This document shows, piece after piece, positions 1 through 8,594 of a DNA stretch of 64,000 nucleotides (positions are counted from its first letter, which is position 1; every line of letters starts with the position of its first letter). This DNA comes from an uncultured Desulfobacterales bacterium (lineage in GTDB: Bacteria > Desulfobacterota > Desulfobacteria > Desulfobacterales > JAFDDL01): positions 3,248-67,247 of the forward strand of contig CAYOXD010000002.1 in the NCBI GenBank assembly GCA_964407825.1, given 5' to 3'. The position numbers and the translations under genes were made by a program. Below the pieces are notes generated by a model. It made no database searches and was not told the DNA's origin. It saw nothing but the letters and a program-made list of their open reading frames with translations.

Positions 1-1
1 T

Positions 2-148
2 TCCCTGGGGGGCTCGTTTCTCGTCCTGGTCGATGATCTGGGCAGATGGGCGACGGGTTCGGAGATCCCCTTGGGAATCCTGACGGCTCTCATCGGCGGT
101 CCTTTTTTTGTCTATCTCCTGAAAAAGACAAAGGGAGGCGGCTGGTAG
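2..148 (+). CDS. C-terminal fragment of a FecCD/BtuC-family ABC importer permease (5' end outside window)
   Basis: Frame 2 reads ...SEIPLGILTALIGGPFFVYLLKKTKGGGW*. This tail is typical of FecCD-type permeases. The stop at 146-148 lies 2 nt before the ATPase start. Confidence 0.7.
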   Translation, partial: SLGGSFLVLVDDLGRWATGSEIPLGILTALIGGPFFVYLLKKTKGGGW

Positions 149-150
149 CC

Positions 151-978
151 ATGTCACTCATCCGCGTGGAGGGGGTCGGTTTCTCCTATGGCCAGAAGCC
201 GATTCTGAAGGATATCGGTTTTCGGGTGGAAAAGGCTGAGGTACTTTGCCTGTTGGGGCCGAACGGGTGCGGCAAGACGACGCTTCTGGACTGTATCCTG
301 GGGCTCCATCCACTGCAATCGGGCCGTATTACCCTGAACGGGGTGTCCACGGCCGGGATCCGGCCTGCCACCCTGGCCAAGTCCGTCTCCTACGTGCCCC
401 AGGGCCATGAACGGACCTTTCCCTACAGGGTGATGGAAATCGTCATGATGGGGCGGGCGGCGTATACGGGGTTATTCAGCGGGCCCAAACTGGCGGATGA
501 AAAGATAGCGGAGGAGTCCCTGGCCTTGGTCGGCATCGGACATCTCAGGGACAGGCCCTATACGCGGTTGAGCGGCGGGGAAGGGCAGCTGGTCCTGATT
601 GCAAGGGCCCTGGCGCAGCGGACGCCGGTGGTGGTCATGGATGAGCCCACGGCGCACCTGGATTTTAAAAATGAGCTGCTGGTACTGGAGACCATCGGCA
701 GGCTCGTGAGGGAACGGAACATCGCCGTGGTGATGGCGACCCATTTTCCCAATCATGCTTTTTTTTTTGAAAACAGCGGTGTGCGAACACGGGTGGCCAT
801 GTTGAAGGAAGCCCGCATCCTCGAAATCGGAGAACCTGGCAGGGTCCTGCGCGAGGATCTGATCGAGACCCTCTACGGGATAGAGGCGTCCATCGTCTCC
901 CTGGACGGGGGCGCCAGCACATCGAGAAAGCAGGTAATTCCCATCCGGACGGTTCCGCCCGCGTCGGAAGGGGCTTAG
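151..978 (+). CDS. ABC transporter ATP-binding protein, iron-siderophore/cobalamin (FecE/BtuD-like) type
   Basis: Walker A GPNGCGKTT, signature LSGGEGQ and Walker B VVVMDEPTAHLD are present. The internal Met at 151 (MSLIRVEG...) is preferred over the track start at 46, which would overlap the permease. Confidence 0.85.
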   Translation: MSLIRVEGVGFSYGQKPILKDIGFRVEKAEVLCLLGPNGCGKTTLLDCILGLHPLQSGRITLNGVSTAGIRPATLAKSVSYVPQGHERTFPYRVMEIVMMGRAAYTGLFSGPKLADEKIAEESLALVGIGHLRDRPYTRLSGGEGQLVLIARALAQRTPVVVMDEPTAHLDFKNELLVLETIGRLVRERNIAVVMATHFPNHAFFFENSGVRTRVAMLKEARILEIGEPGRVLREDLIETLYGIEASIVSLDGGASTSRKQVIPIRTVPPASEGA

Positions 979-1111
979 ATTTTCGGTGAACGGCCTTCCA
1001 CGGCACCTCACCGAATCGCTGGAGCTTAGGCGGCAGCTCTCGGACATCCGGAGTGAAAGAGAGACGGACGTGATAACATCAGGATCAAAGCAAGGGCGGG
1101 GAGGTGTTCCC

Positions 1112-2218
1112 ATGGCGGTTGACCCGTGGCACTGGAATATAAAGCCCCTCTTACTCCTGCTGGCGGGGATCACCCTGCTCTGCCTGCCCCTTCAACGGGC
1201 GCAAGGGGAGCCCCTCCAGCAGAGGGCCGGTCGCGCCTATATCCGTGTGGTGGACAGTGTGGGCCGTACGGTCGAGGTGCCCGTCGGAGCCAAGCGCATC
1301 GCCTGCCTCTACCTGTTTACCGGTCATGTGGTAACCATGCTGGGCAAGGGGCGCGACATCGTTGCGGTCTCCTACGGTCTAAAACGCGTCTCACTCCTGA
1401 ACCGGATCTGCCCCTCCCTTTTGAAAGCCTCCGTCCCCAAGACCCAGGGGGCGATCAATATGGAAGAGCTGCTGGAGGCAAAGCCGGACATTGTTTTCCT
1501 TCCCGGTGAGACGGCCGGAAACCCCCATGACATGGCCAAGCTGGCACAATTCAAGATCCCCGCCATCATCGTGGATTTCAACAGTATCCGTACCCAGCAG
1601 CAGGCCATCCGGATCATCGCAAGGGCCATCGGTGCCAGGGCACGGGCACAGCGTTTCATCGACTATTACAACGCGTGCATCCGCCGGGTCCGGGAGGTTA
1701 CCGAGAAAATCCCCAGGGACCGGCTGCCCCGGGTGTTCTATTCCGTGAACGAGCCGCTTCGCACCACCCTCGTCCATGGCCTCACCGCCGACTGGCTCCG
1801 GCTGACCGGATGTATCGATGTGGCACGGACCCGGGGGCAGCACCTCTTGGATGGAAAAAATTACACGAGCCTGGAGCAGATACTCCTGTGGAACCCGGAT
1901 GTGATCCTCACCAACGAGCCCTCCGCCGCGGAAACGATTCGCCATGACAGCCAGTGGTCCACCCTGCGCCCCGTGCGGGAGGGAAGGGTCTATTGCATGC
2001 CCATCGGCATTTCCAGATGGGGCCATCCGGGATCCATGGAAACGCCTCTGGCCATCCTCTGGGCTGCCAAGAAATTGCATCCGAAACTCTTTTCCCGTAT
2101 CGACATGCGGGCCGAAACCAGATATTTTTACAGCACTTTTTTCAATTACCACCTCTCGGATCATGAGATCGAAAAGATCCTGAGCGCCAGAACAAAGAGA
2201 AAACCGAGGAAATCCTGA
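1112..2218 (+). CDS. Periplasmic substrate-binding protein of the iron-siderophore/cobalamin ABC importer class
   Basis: Starting at the internal Met gives a signal peptide (MAVDPWHWNIKPLLLLLAGITLLCLPLQRAQG). The sequence has an overall FhuD/BtuF-like character (PDIVFL, NPDVIL, WGHPGS) and follows the permease and ATPase genes. Confidence 0.75.
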   Translation: MAVDPWHWNIKPLLLLLAGITLLCLPLQRAQGEPLQQRAGRAYIRVVDSVGRTVEVPVGAKRIACLYLFTGHVVTMLGKGRDIVAVSYGLKRVSLLNRICPSLLKASVPKTQGAINMEELLEAKPDIVFLPGETAGNPHDMAKLAQFKIPAIIVDFNSIRTQQQAIRIIARAIGARARAQRFIDYYNACIRRVREVTEKIPRDRLPRVFYSVNEPLRTTLVHGLTADWLRLTGCIDVARTRGQHLLDGKNYTSLEQILLWNPDVILTNEPSAAETIRHDSQWSTLRPVREGRVYCMPIGISRWGHPGSMETPLAILWAAKKLHPKLFSRIDMRAETRYFYSTFFNYHLSDHEIEKILSARTKRKPRKS

Positions 2219-2268
2219 TATCCGGATTCCATCGAGCCGCCGGGACCGCCTGGTGGGGGAGTAAGATC

Positions 2269-3015
2269 ATGAAATGCTTAGTGGCAATCGATGATACCGA
2301 TAATTTGGAAAGTGTCGGGACGGGGGAATTGGCATCCCTGCTGTCTGAAAGCGTTTCCGCCAGGGGTTGGGGCCAGGCGGGGCATGTGACCCGGCATCAG
2401 ATGCTGGTTCACCCGGACATTCCCTATACCTCCCACAACAGCGCCATGTGTTTCCCGGCAGAGATGGAAAGGGACTGTATGGAGGCGTTCGTGGCCTATG
2501 CCATGGACTTTCTGCGGCAGGAGAGCGCCTCGGGGTCGGATCCGGGGTTGTGCGTCGTCGCCATCGAACGGCTTGCCGAGCCGGCGGCGCTGATCACTTT
2601 CGGCCGGGAGGCCAAGCGCAAGGTCCTTCAAAAATCCGATGCCTACGAGCTCGCCAGGCGACTGGACGTCCATCTCTCGGAGCATGGGGGCACGGGGCAA
2701 GGGGTCATCGGCGCCCTGGCCGCCGTAGGGCTCCGGATGACCGGAAATGACGGGCGGTTCAAGGGGCACGTCAAGATCGAGGCTGCCGATAGGATTGCCA
2801 CCCCGGCTGAAATAAAGCACCAGAGCCACGTGCGAGTGGTTCAAAGCGCCGATGGGCAGGTGCTGGCGGAGAGCGACAGGATACGACTGGGCAACAAGGT
2901 GAAAGCCGTCCTGCTCGATGGCAGATCCACCCTGCTGGTCTGCAGGACGGACACGAACGTAAATGACACGGTGCGGTGGGAAACCTGCAGCAAACAGTTC
3001 CTGCGCAGCTATTGA
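2269..3015 (+). CDS. Conserved hypothetical protein; N-terminal MKCLVAIDDTDN motif reminiscent of the TiaS-type kinase (TCKD) domain
   Basis: A 248-aa ORF with no competing frame. The IDDTD motif near the N-terminus is recalled from archaeal TiaS. The rest of the protein is not recognisable. Confidence 0.45.
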   Translation: MKCLVAIDDTDNLESVGTGELASLLSESVSARGWGQAGHVTRHQMLVHPDIPYTSHNSAMCFPAEMERDCMEAFVAYAMDFLRQESASGSDPGLCVVAIERLAEPAALITFGREAKRKVLQKSDAYELARRLDVHLSEHGGTGQGVIGALAAVGLRMTGNDGRFKGHVKIEAADRIATPAEIKHQSHVRVVQSADGQVLAESDRIRLGNKVKAVLLDGRSTLLVCRTDTNVNDTVRWETCSKQFLRSY

Positions 3016-3030
3016 AGAAGGGATCGTTCC

Positions 3031-3234
3031 ATGTCCCCATGGCTGATCAATGAGAACGGAGAGAAACACTTCGCCGGCGGCACCGCGGACTGGGCCCTGG
3101 CGGCTGCGGCAGCCCAACGTTGCAACGGTTTTGTCCCGGACGACGAGGACGAGCAGGTCAGCGACGAACCGCGCTCCTGCTATAACTGCCGATACAGGCG
3201 CTGGCAGCCGGATGGTATCCTGTGTCTGAAATGA
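3031..3234 (+). CDS. Small Cys-rich hypothetical protein (67 aa)
   Basis: The ORF starts 16 nt after the upstream gene. It has an acidic middle ([10 protein letters not shown]) and a C-terminal [16 protein letters not shown] cysteine cluster. Confidence 0.4.
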   Translation: MSPWLINENGEKHFAGGTADWALAAAAAQRCNGFVPDDEDEQVSDEPRSCYNCRYRRWQPDGILCLK

Positions 3235-3298
3235 CAGGAAGGAGCGTTGGCGGCCCTGCCGGAGGCACTCCCAGATTCTTTACCGAGGAGCTGACAGA

Positions 3299-4522
3299 AT
3301 GAAAGCCCGGGACTTTATCGATCTTGAAAACGAGTATGGCGCCCACAACTACCACCCCCTCGATGTGATTCTCAAAAGGGGGAAGGGCGTGTGGGTCTGG
3401 GATATCGAAGGTAAAAAATACCTCGATTGCCTGGCTGCCTATGGTGCCGTGAACCAGGGGCACTGCCACCCCGAGATCCTCAAGGCCTTGAAGGCCCAGG
3501 CCGAAAGGCTGACCATCACCTCCCGGGCCTTTCGAAACGACCAGCTGGGACCCTTTTACAGGGAACTGTGCCAGCTGACCCGTTCCCACAAGGCCTTGCC
3601 CATGAACAGCGGGGCCGAGGCCGTGGAGACCGTCATCAAGGCCGTAAGAAAATGGGGTTATCAGGTCAAGGGCATCCCGCCGGACCGGGCGGAGATCATC
3701 GTCTGCACCAACAATTTTCACGGCCGGACCATCGGCATCGTTGGGTTTTCAACGGATCCGGCGGCCCGTAACGGATTTGGCCCCTTCGCACCGGGCTTCA
3801 AGGTGATTCCCTTCGGAGATGCCGAGGCCTTGGAGGCCGCCATCACCCCTGAGACAGCCGGATTTCTGGTGGAACCCATCCAGGGGGAGGCAGGCGTCAT
3901 CCTTCCTCCGGCGGGATACTTCAAGGCCGTTCGGGAAATCTGCACCAGCCAACGGGTGGTATTGATTTTGGACGAAATCCAAACCGGCCTGGGAAGGACG
4001 GGCACACTGCTGGCCGAGGAGCATGAGGGGATCGAATCGGATCTGACTCTGGTGGGCAAAGCCCTCTCCGGCGGTTTTTACCCCGTATCGGCCGTCCTTT
4101 CCAACCGGGAGGTCCTGGAGGTGCTGCAACCCGGGGAGCACGGCAGCACCTTCGGCGGAAACCCCCTGGCCTGCGCCGTGGCGCGGGCCGCCATGCGTGT
4201 TTTGAAGGAAGAGAACCTGGCTGCCAACGCCGCCGCCATGGGCATCCGCTTCCTCGACGGTCTGAGGCGGATACGCAGTCCCCATGTCAAGGAGGTGCGT
4301 GGCCGGGGGCTCATGATGGCCATGGAACTGGTGCCGGAGGCCGGCGGCGCCCGTCGATTCTGCGTCCACCTGGCAGAAAGGGGCATCCTGTGCAAGGAAA
4401 GCCATGACACCACCATCCGGTTCGCCCCGCCCCTCGTCATCAAAGAGGCGGAGGTGGACTGGGCCCTGGAGCGAATCGAGGCAGTCATGGCCTCCCCCCT
4501 TCGTTCTCGTCAGAAACAATAA
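3299..4522 (+). CDS. rocD: Ornithine--oxo-acid aminotransferase (class III PLP aminotransferase)
   Basis: The N-terminus [14 protein letters not shown]...[18 protein letters not shown] and the [11 protein letters not shown] and [10 protein letters not shown] motifs are typical of RocD/OAT. Confidence 0.8.
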   Translation: MKARDFIDLENEYGAHNYHPLDVILKRGKGVWVWDIEGKKYLDCLAAYGAVNQGHCHPEILKALKAQAERLTITSRAFRNDQLGPFYRELCQLTRSHKALPMNSGAEAVETVIKAVRKWGYQVKGIPPDRAEIIVCTNNFHGRTIGIVGFSTDPAARNGFGPFAPGFKVIPFGDAEALEAAITPETAGFLVEPIQGEAGVILPPAGYFKAVREICTSQRVVLILDEIQTGLGRTGTLLAEEHEGIESDLTLVGKALSGGFYPVSAVLSNREVLEVLQPGEHGSTFGGNPLACAVARAAMRVLKEENLAANAAAMGIRFLDGLRRIRSPHVKEVRGRGLMMAMELVPEAGGARRFCVHLAERGILCKESHDTTIRFAPPLVIKEAEVDWALERIEAVMASPLRSRQKQ

Positions 4523-4691
4523 ACTGAAGCCTTCAAAGAAGCGCCCTGAAACTTACTTCTAATCCTCAAGCCATAAAACACGGGACGTCAGGAATTTCCG
4601 GCAAAACATCCAGAGAGCCACCGCTCCGGGTCCATCCCCTGCCGCGGAGGGGCGGGGACAGAGCTCGCTTGTGCCAAACGCCGGCTGAGGT

Positions 4692-4726
4692 GTTTAAAGC
4701 CCGAACTGCTTTAAACCCTTTATAAT
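4692..4726 (+). promoter_or_regulatory. Putative operator plus -10 box upstream of the radical SAM gene
   Basis: A perfect 9-bp inverted repeat, GTTTAAAGC (4692-4700) / GCTTTAAAC (4708-4716), is followed by TATAAT at 4721-4726. This lies about 58 nt upstream of the ATG at 4784. Confidence 0.35.
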
Positions 4727-4783
4727 GGGCGACCGTTGTAGTAGGTATAGGTCCCGCTACTCCAACGTCACCATGGAGAAAAA

Positions 4784-6082
4784 ATGAAAATTCTGCTGGT
4801 CAACCCGCCCAACTGCGGCAGATCCATACCTGAGGAGCGGTATGGGATCGATACGATCAAGATGATTTTTCGGGGGGAACCCCTGGCCCTGGAGGTGATA
4901 GCCGGAAACCTGGAGGGCCACGAGGTGCGCATCTGTGACCTCAAGGCCGAGCCGGAGGAGAGCCTCGATCGCTGTCTGGTCCAATGGAAACCGGACGTGG
5001 TGGGCCTTACGGCCATGACCTGCGAGGCCAACACCCTGCTCGCTCTGGCCCGGGACATCAAGGAGCGCTCGGGCGCGATGATTGTGGCCGGCGGCTCCCA
5101 TGTCTCCTGCGACCCGGATTTTTTCAACAATGAGAGCATTGACTATCTGGTGGTGGGCATCGGAAAACTCAGCTTCAGGCTGTTGATTGACGCCCTGGCC
5201 CTAGGCGCGCCGGGGCAGGGCATCGACGGTGTGGTCAAGACCGATCCGTCCGGCCCCTTGCCCCTGATCCCTCGGGCCTTTTCCTCTGCGGACCTGGTGG
5301 ATGCGGCCGCCCCGCGCTATGACCTGGTGGAAAAGAACCGGGACCGGTACGTCATGAGCGGGGTGGGCGGAAAGATGGGATTTGTGGTCTCGGCCTATGG
5401 CTGCACCCACCGGTGTTCCTTTTGCGCCGTTCCCAACATGACCGGGGGGCGGTACCTGTCCCACAGCGTGGCGGCCGTGATCCGGGACATGCGGCTGCTG
5501 GCGTCCTTGCCCCTGATCCGCCTGGTGGACGCCAACACCTTCGGCAATATCCGTCTGGCGGAGGAATTGGCCGAGGCCCTGGCCGCATCGGGCCTGGAGC
5601 AGCGGATCGTAGCCGATGTGCGCGCGGATACGGTGGTGAGCCATCCCGATCTTTTCAGACGATGGAAGGCGGCCGGACTGGCCACGGTGGTCATCGGCTT
5701 CGAGGAGGTGAGCGACCGCCGGCTCGAGGAATATCACAAGAGATCGCGGGTGGAGACCCATGTGGCCGCCCTGGCCATACTGAAGGACCTGGGCATCCGG
5801 GTGATCGGAGATTTCATCGTGTCCCCGGACTACGGGGACGAGGACTTCGAGGCCCTTGTGGATTTCGTGAAATCAAACCCCATCGACCTGCCGCTGCCGG
5901 CCGTTTTAACCCCCATCCCCGGAACACCCCTTTACAAACAGGTCCGAGACAGGATAACGATACACGATTTGGACTATTACACGTTTACCAACGCCGTGCT
6001 CCCCACCCGGATGGCGGAGCGCCGCTTTTACGAAACCTATGCAGGAATCCTGAAGGATTTTACCGGACACATAAGGCATTAA
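4784..6082 (+). CDS. B12-binding-domain radical SAM protein (class B rSAM)
   Basis: The N-terminus has a Rossmann-like B12-binding pattern (KILLVNPP, VVGLTAMT, IVAGGSH). This is followed by the CxxxCxxC cluster AYGCTHRCSFCAV. Confidence 0.85.
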   Translation: MKILLVNPPNCGRSIPEERYGIDTIKMIFRGEPLALEVIAGNLEGHEVRICDLKAEPEESLDRCLVQWKPDVVGLTAMTCEANTLLALARDIKERSGAMIVAGGSHVSCDPDFFNNESIDYLVVGIGKLSFRLLIDALALGAPGQGIDGVVKTDPSGPLPLIPRAFSSADLVDAAAPRYDLVEKNRDRYVMSGVGGKMGFVVSAYGCTHRCSFCAVPNMTGGRYLSHSVAAVIRDMRLLASLPLIRLVDANTFGNIRLAEELAEALAASGLEQRIVADVRADTVVSHPDLFRRWKAAGLATVVIGFEEVSDRRLEEYHKRSRVETHVAALAILKDLGIRVIGDFIVSPDYGDEDFEALVDFVKSNPIDLPLPAVLTPIPGTPLYKQVRDRITIHDLDYYTFTNAVLPTRMAERRFYETYAGILKDFTGHIRH

Positions 6083-6089
6083 ACGCAAT

Positions 6090-7244
6090 ATGGATGTTTT
6101 TATAAACGACATGGGCACCTTTCTTCCCAACCTGCCGGTTGGAAACGAGGCGATCGAGAATGTGCTGGGAAGCATCAACAACAACAATGGCTCATCAAAG
6201 ATCAAACGAATCGTTCTGAAGAGCAATCAGATCAAGACCCGTTACTATGCCCTGGACTCGGAGACCGGGCACCTGACCCACACCAACGCCCAGTTGACGG
6301 CCCGGGCCATCGAGGGCCTCGCCCCTTACGAGGGGTTTTCGGTTCGGGACATCCAGTGCCTGGCCTGCGGCACCTCCTCACCGGATATCCTGTTTCCGGG
6401 CCACGCCCTCATGGTTTGCGGGGAACTGGGACTGCCGCCCTGCGAGGTGGTCACGACTTCGGGCATTTGCCTGGCAGGGATGGGCGCCTTCAAATACGCC
6501 TGGATGAACGTGCTCAGCGGCGCGTCGGAAAATGCCGTGGCCACGGGTTCGGAACTGGCCTCCTCGCTTCTTCGCGCCCCGTTCATGAAGCCCCTTCACG
6601 CGGAGAGCGCCGGCGAAGCCCTGGAGCGGGAGCCGATCCGGGCCTTCGACGCGGATTTTCTGCGCTGGATGCTCTCGGACGGCGCCGGCGCCGCCTTCCT
6701 TTCCAACCGGCCCAACCAGGGGAAGATCAGCCTCCGGGTCGACTGGATCGATACCCTAACCTACAGCGGTGAGCTTCCCACCTGCATGTACGGCGGCGGG
6801 GTCCAGCAGCCGGACGGGGGCATCGTCGGCTGGCGGGACGGGGAGCGGATTACGCCGGCCCAAAGGGCCTACCTCTTTGCCATACGCCAGGACATCCGGC
6901 TCCTTGATCAAAATATCGTGAACACCATGGGACGGGCTCTGTCCGCCACCATCTCGAAACACGGCCTTTCACCGGAAAACATCGACTGGTTTCTGCCCCA
7001 CTACTCCTCGGCCTATTTTCGGCCCCGGTTTTACGAGGAGATGAAGCGGATCGGCTTTGAAATCCCCGAAGAAAAATGGTTCACCAACCTCTCGGAGAAG
7101 GGCAATACGGGAAGCGCCGCCATCTTCATCATCATCGAGGAGCTGTTTGCCTCGGGCCGCCTGGAGCCGGGCCAGAAGCTCTTGTGCTTCATTCCAGAAA
7201 GCGGCCGGTTTTCCCACTGCTTCATGATGCTGACGGTGGTATAG
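6090..7244 (+). CDS. KASIII (FabH)-like thiolase-fold condensing enzyme
   Basis: A Cys-His-Asn triad context is present: TSGICLAGMGAF, FLPHYSSAYF, SEKGNTGSAAIF. At 384 aa it is longer than canonical FabH because of an internal insertion. Confidence 0.8.
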   Translation: MDVFINDMGTFLPNLPVGNEAIENVLGSINNNNGSSKIKRIVLKSNQIKTRYYALDSETGHLTHTNAQLTARAIEGLAPYEGFSVRDIQCLACGTSSPDILFPGHALMVCGELGLPPCEVVTTSGICLAGMGAFKYAWMNVLSGASENAVATGSELASSLLRAPFMKPLHAESAGEALEREPIRAFDADFLRWMLSDGAGAAFLSNRPNQGKISLRVDWIDTLTYSGELPTCMYGGGVQQPDGGIVGWRDGERITPAQRAYLFAIRQDIRLLDQNIVNTMGRALSATISKHGLSPENIDWFLPHYSSAYFRPRFYEEMKRIGFEIPEEKWFTNLSEKGNTGSAAIFIIIEELFASGRLEPGQKLLCFIPESGRFSHCFMMLTVV

Positions 7245-7266
7245 AGGGAATTGCGAGCCGGTTGGA

Positions 7267-7524
7267 TCAGGCCGCGGCCTTCCGCTCTTCGATGAAGGCC
7301 GCCAGGCTGTTGATGGATTCAAGGGCGATCCGCCCTTCGTTCATATTTTTGATCTCGATACCGAAGTGCCGATTCACCTGGTAGACCATCTCCACGGAAT
7401 CGATGGAGTCAAGACCGAATTTGTCCCCGAAAAGGAGATCGTCATCCAGAATGTCATCCGGCTGGATATCGGGGAGCTGGAGGCCCTCCACGATCATTAC
7501 CTTCAACTTATGCTTCAATGTCAT
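7267..7524 (-). CDS. Acyl carrier protein (phosphopantetheine attachment site)
   Basis: Starting at the internal Met gives an 85-aa protein, MTLKHKLKVMIVEGL...FGLDSIDSVEMV, with a DSxxS-type Ser motif. It is convergent with the KASIII-like gene. Confidence 0.8.
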   Translation of the reverse strand: MTLKHKLKVMIVEGLQLPDIQPDDILDDDLLFGDKFGLDSIDSVEMVYQVNRHFGIEIKNMNEGRIALESINSLAAFIEERKAAA

Positions 7525-7828
7525 ATGTTTAACAGTCCGATTTCGAAGGGTTTTATAAACGTTACTGCCTCTGGGCCCCCCTCGGCATGACCCTGCGAAA
7601 GAACAGTCTCGTAATATACTGATATTCCCATTCAAGTTCAATGAAAAATCCACGGCTGTTCTTGGTGGATGGCATTGAGCACGCGGGCCCAGAGGCAATT
7701 GACAGCCTTCGGCTTTTGGGACAAAATATCTTTCCTGATCAATGGCAAGGCGGAAAGGATGGGAACGGCTCAGGTGGCCCCAGGGGGTTCCGCCTGAGCT
7801 CTGTAGCGAAGGGGGATAGGGAGAGGCA

Positions 7829-8593
7829 GTGGATCAAAGCGGTGCTCGGCAATCTTCCCTTGTGGTGGAAAACTTGACGAAAACTTACGCCGAAGCGAAG
7901 TCGCCCGCCATTTCCAACCTGACCTTTTCCATGGAACCGGGGGAAATTTTCGGCCTTCTAGGCCCCAACGGTGCAGGGAAAACCACGGCCATCTCCATTC
8001 TAAGCGCCGTATTGGGTGCCGATGAGGGCCGGGTAGTCATCTGCGGGGTGGACCTTTTCAAAAAGCCCCGGCAGGCAAAACGATGTTTCGGGCTAATTCC
8101 CCAGGACATCGCTCTCTACGGCCGGATGAGCGCCCGTGAGAACCTGGCCTATTTCGGCCGGCTTCAGGGGCTTGGCGGGAAGCACCTCAGGCAGCGCATT
8201 GACGAGAGCCTCGAGATGGTGGGGCTTGCAGGAAAGTCCGACCAGCCGGTAAAGACCTTCTCCGGCGGTATGAAACGTCGGTGCAATCTGGCAGTGGGGA
8301 TGCTGCATCAACCCCGTCTGCTGTTTCTGGATGAACCCACGGTGGGCATCGACGCCCAATCGCGCAACCTGATTCTGGAAAAGCTTTCCCTCCTCAGGGA
8401 GCAGGGTGTCAGCATGATCTACACGACCCACTACATGGAGGAGGCGGAATCCCTCTGCACCCGGGTCGGCATTTTGGACCTGGGCCGGATGATCGTCCAG
8501 GGCGCCCCCCGGGACCTGATTATGGCCCACCCCGGATGCGGGACGCTGGGGGAGCTTTTCCTTGAACTGACCGGGAAACACCTTCGGGACTGA
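7829..8593 (+). CDS. ABC-2 type transporter ATP-binding protein
   Basis: Walker A GPNGAGKTT, signature FSGGMKRR and Walker B LLFLDEPTVGID are present. A GTG start is preceded by GGGAGAGG. Confidence 0.85.
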   Translation: MDQSGARQSSLVVENLTKTYAEAKSPAISNLTFSMEPGEIFGLLGPNGAGKTTAISILSAVLGADEGRVVICGVDLFKKPRQAKRCFGLIPQDIALYGRMSARENLAYFGRLQGLGGKHLRQRIDESLEMVGLAGKSDQPVKTFSGGMKRRCNLAVGMLHQPRLLFLDEPTVGIDAQSRNLILEKLSLLREQGVSMIYTTHYMEEAESLCTRVGILDLGRMIVQGAPRDLIMAHPGCGTLGELFLELTGKHLRD

Positions 8594-8594
8594 T

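Noticed and set aside
4523-4691. A possible cobalamin riboswitch upstream of the B12-dependent radical SAM gene.
   Set aside because: I looked for the B12-box and conserved core (GCCACTG-like element with flanking conserved stems). Only a loose GCCACCG is present, with no supporting helices. A covariance-model scan (Rfam RF00174) would be needed to revisit this.
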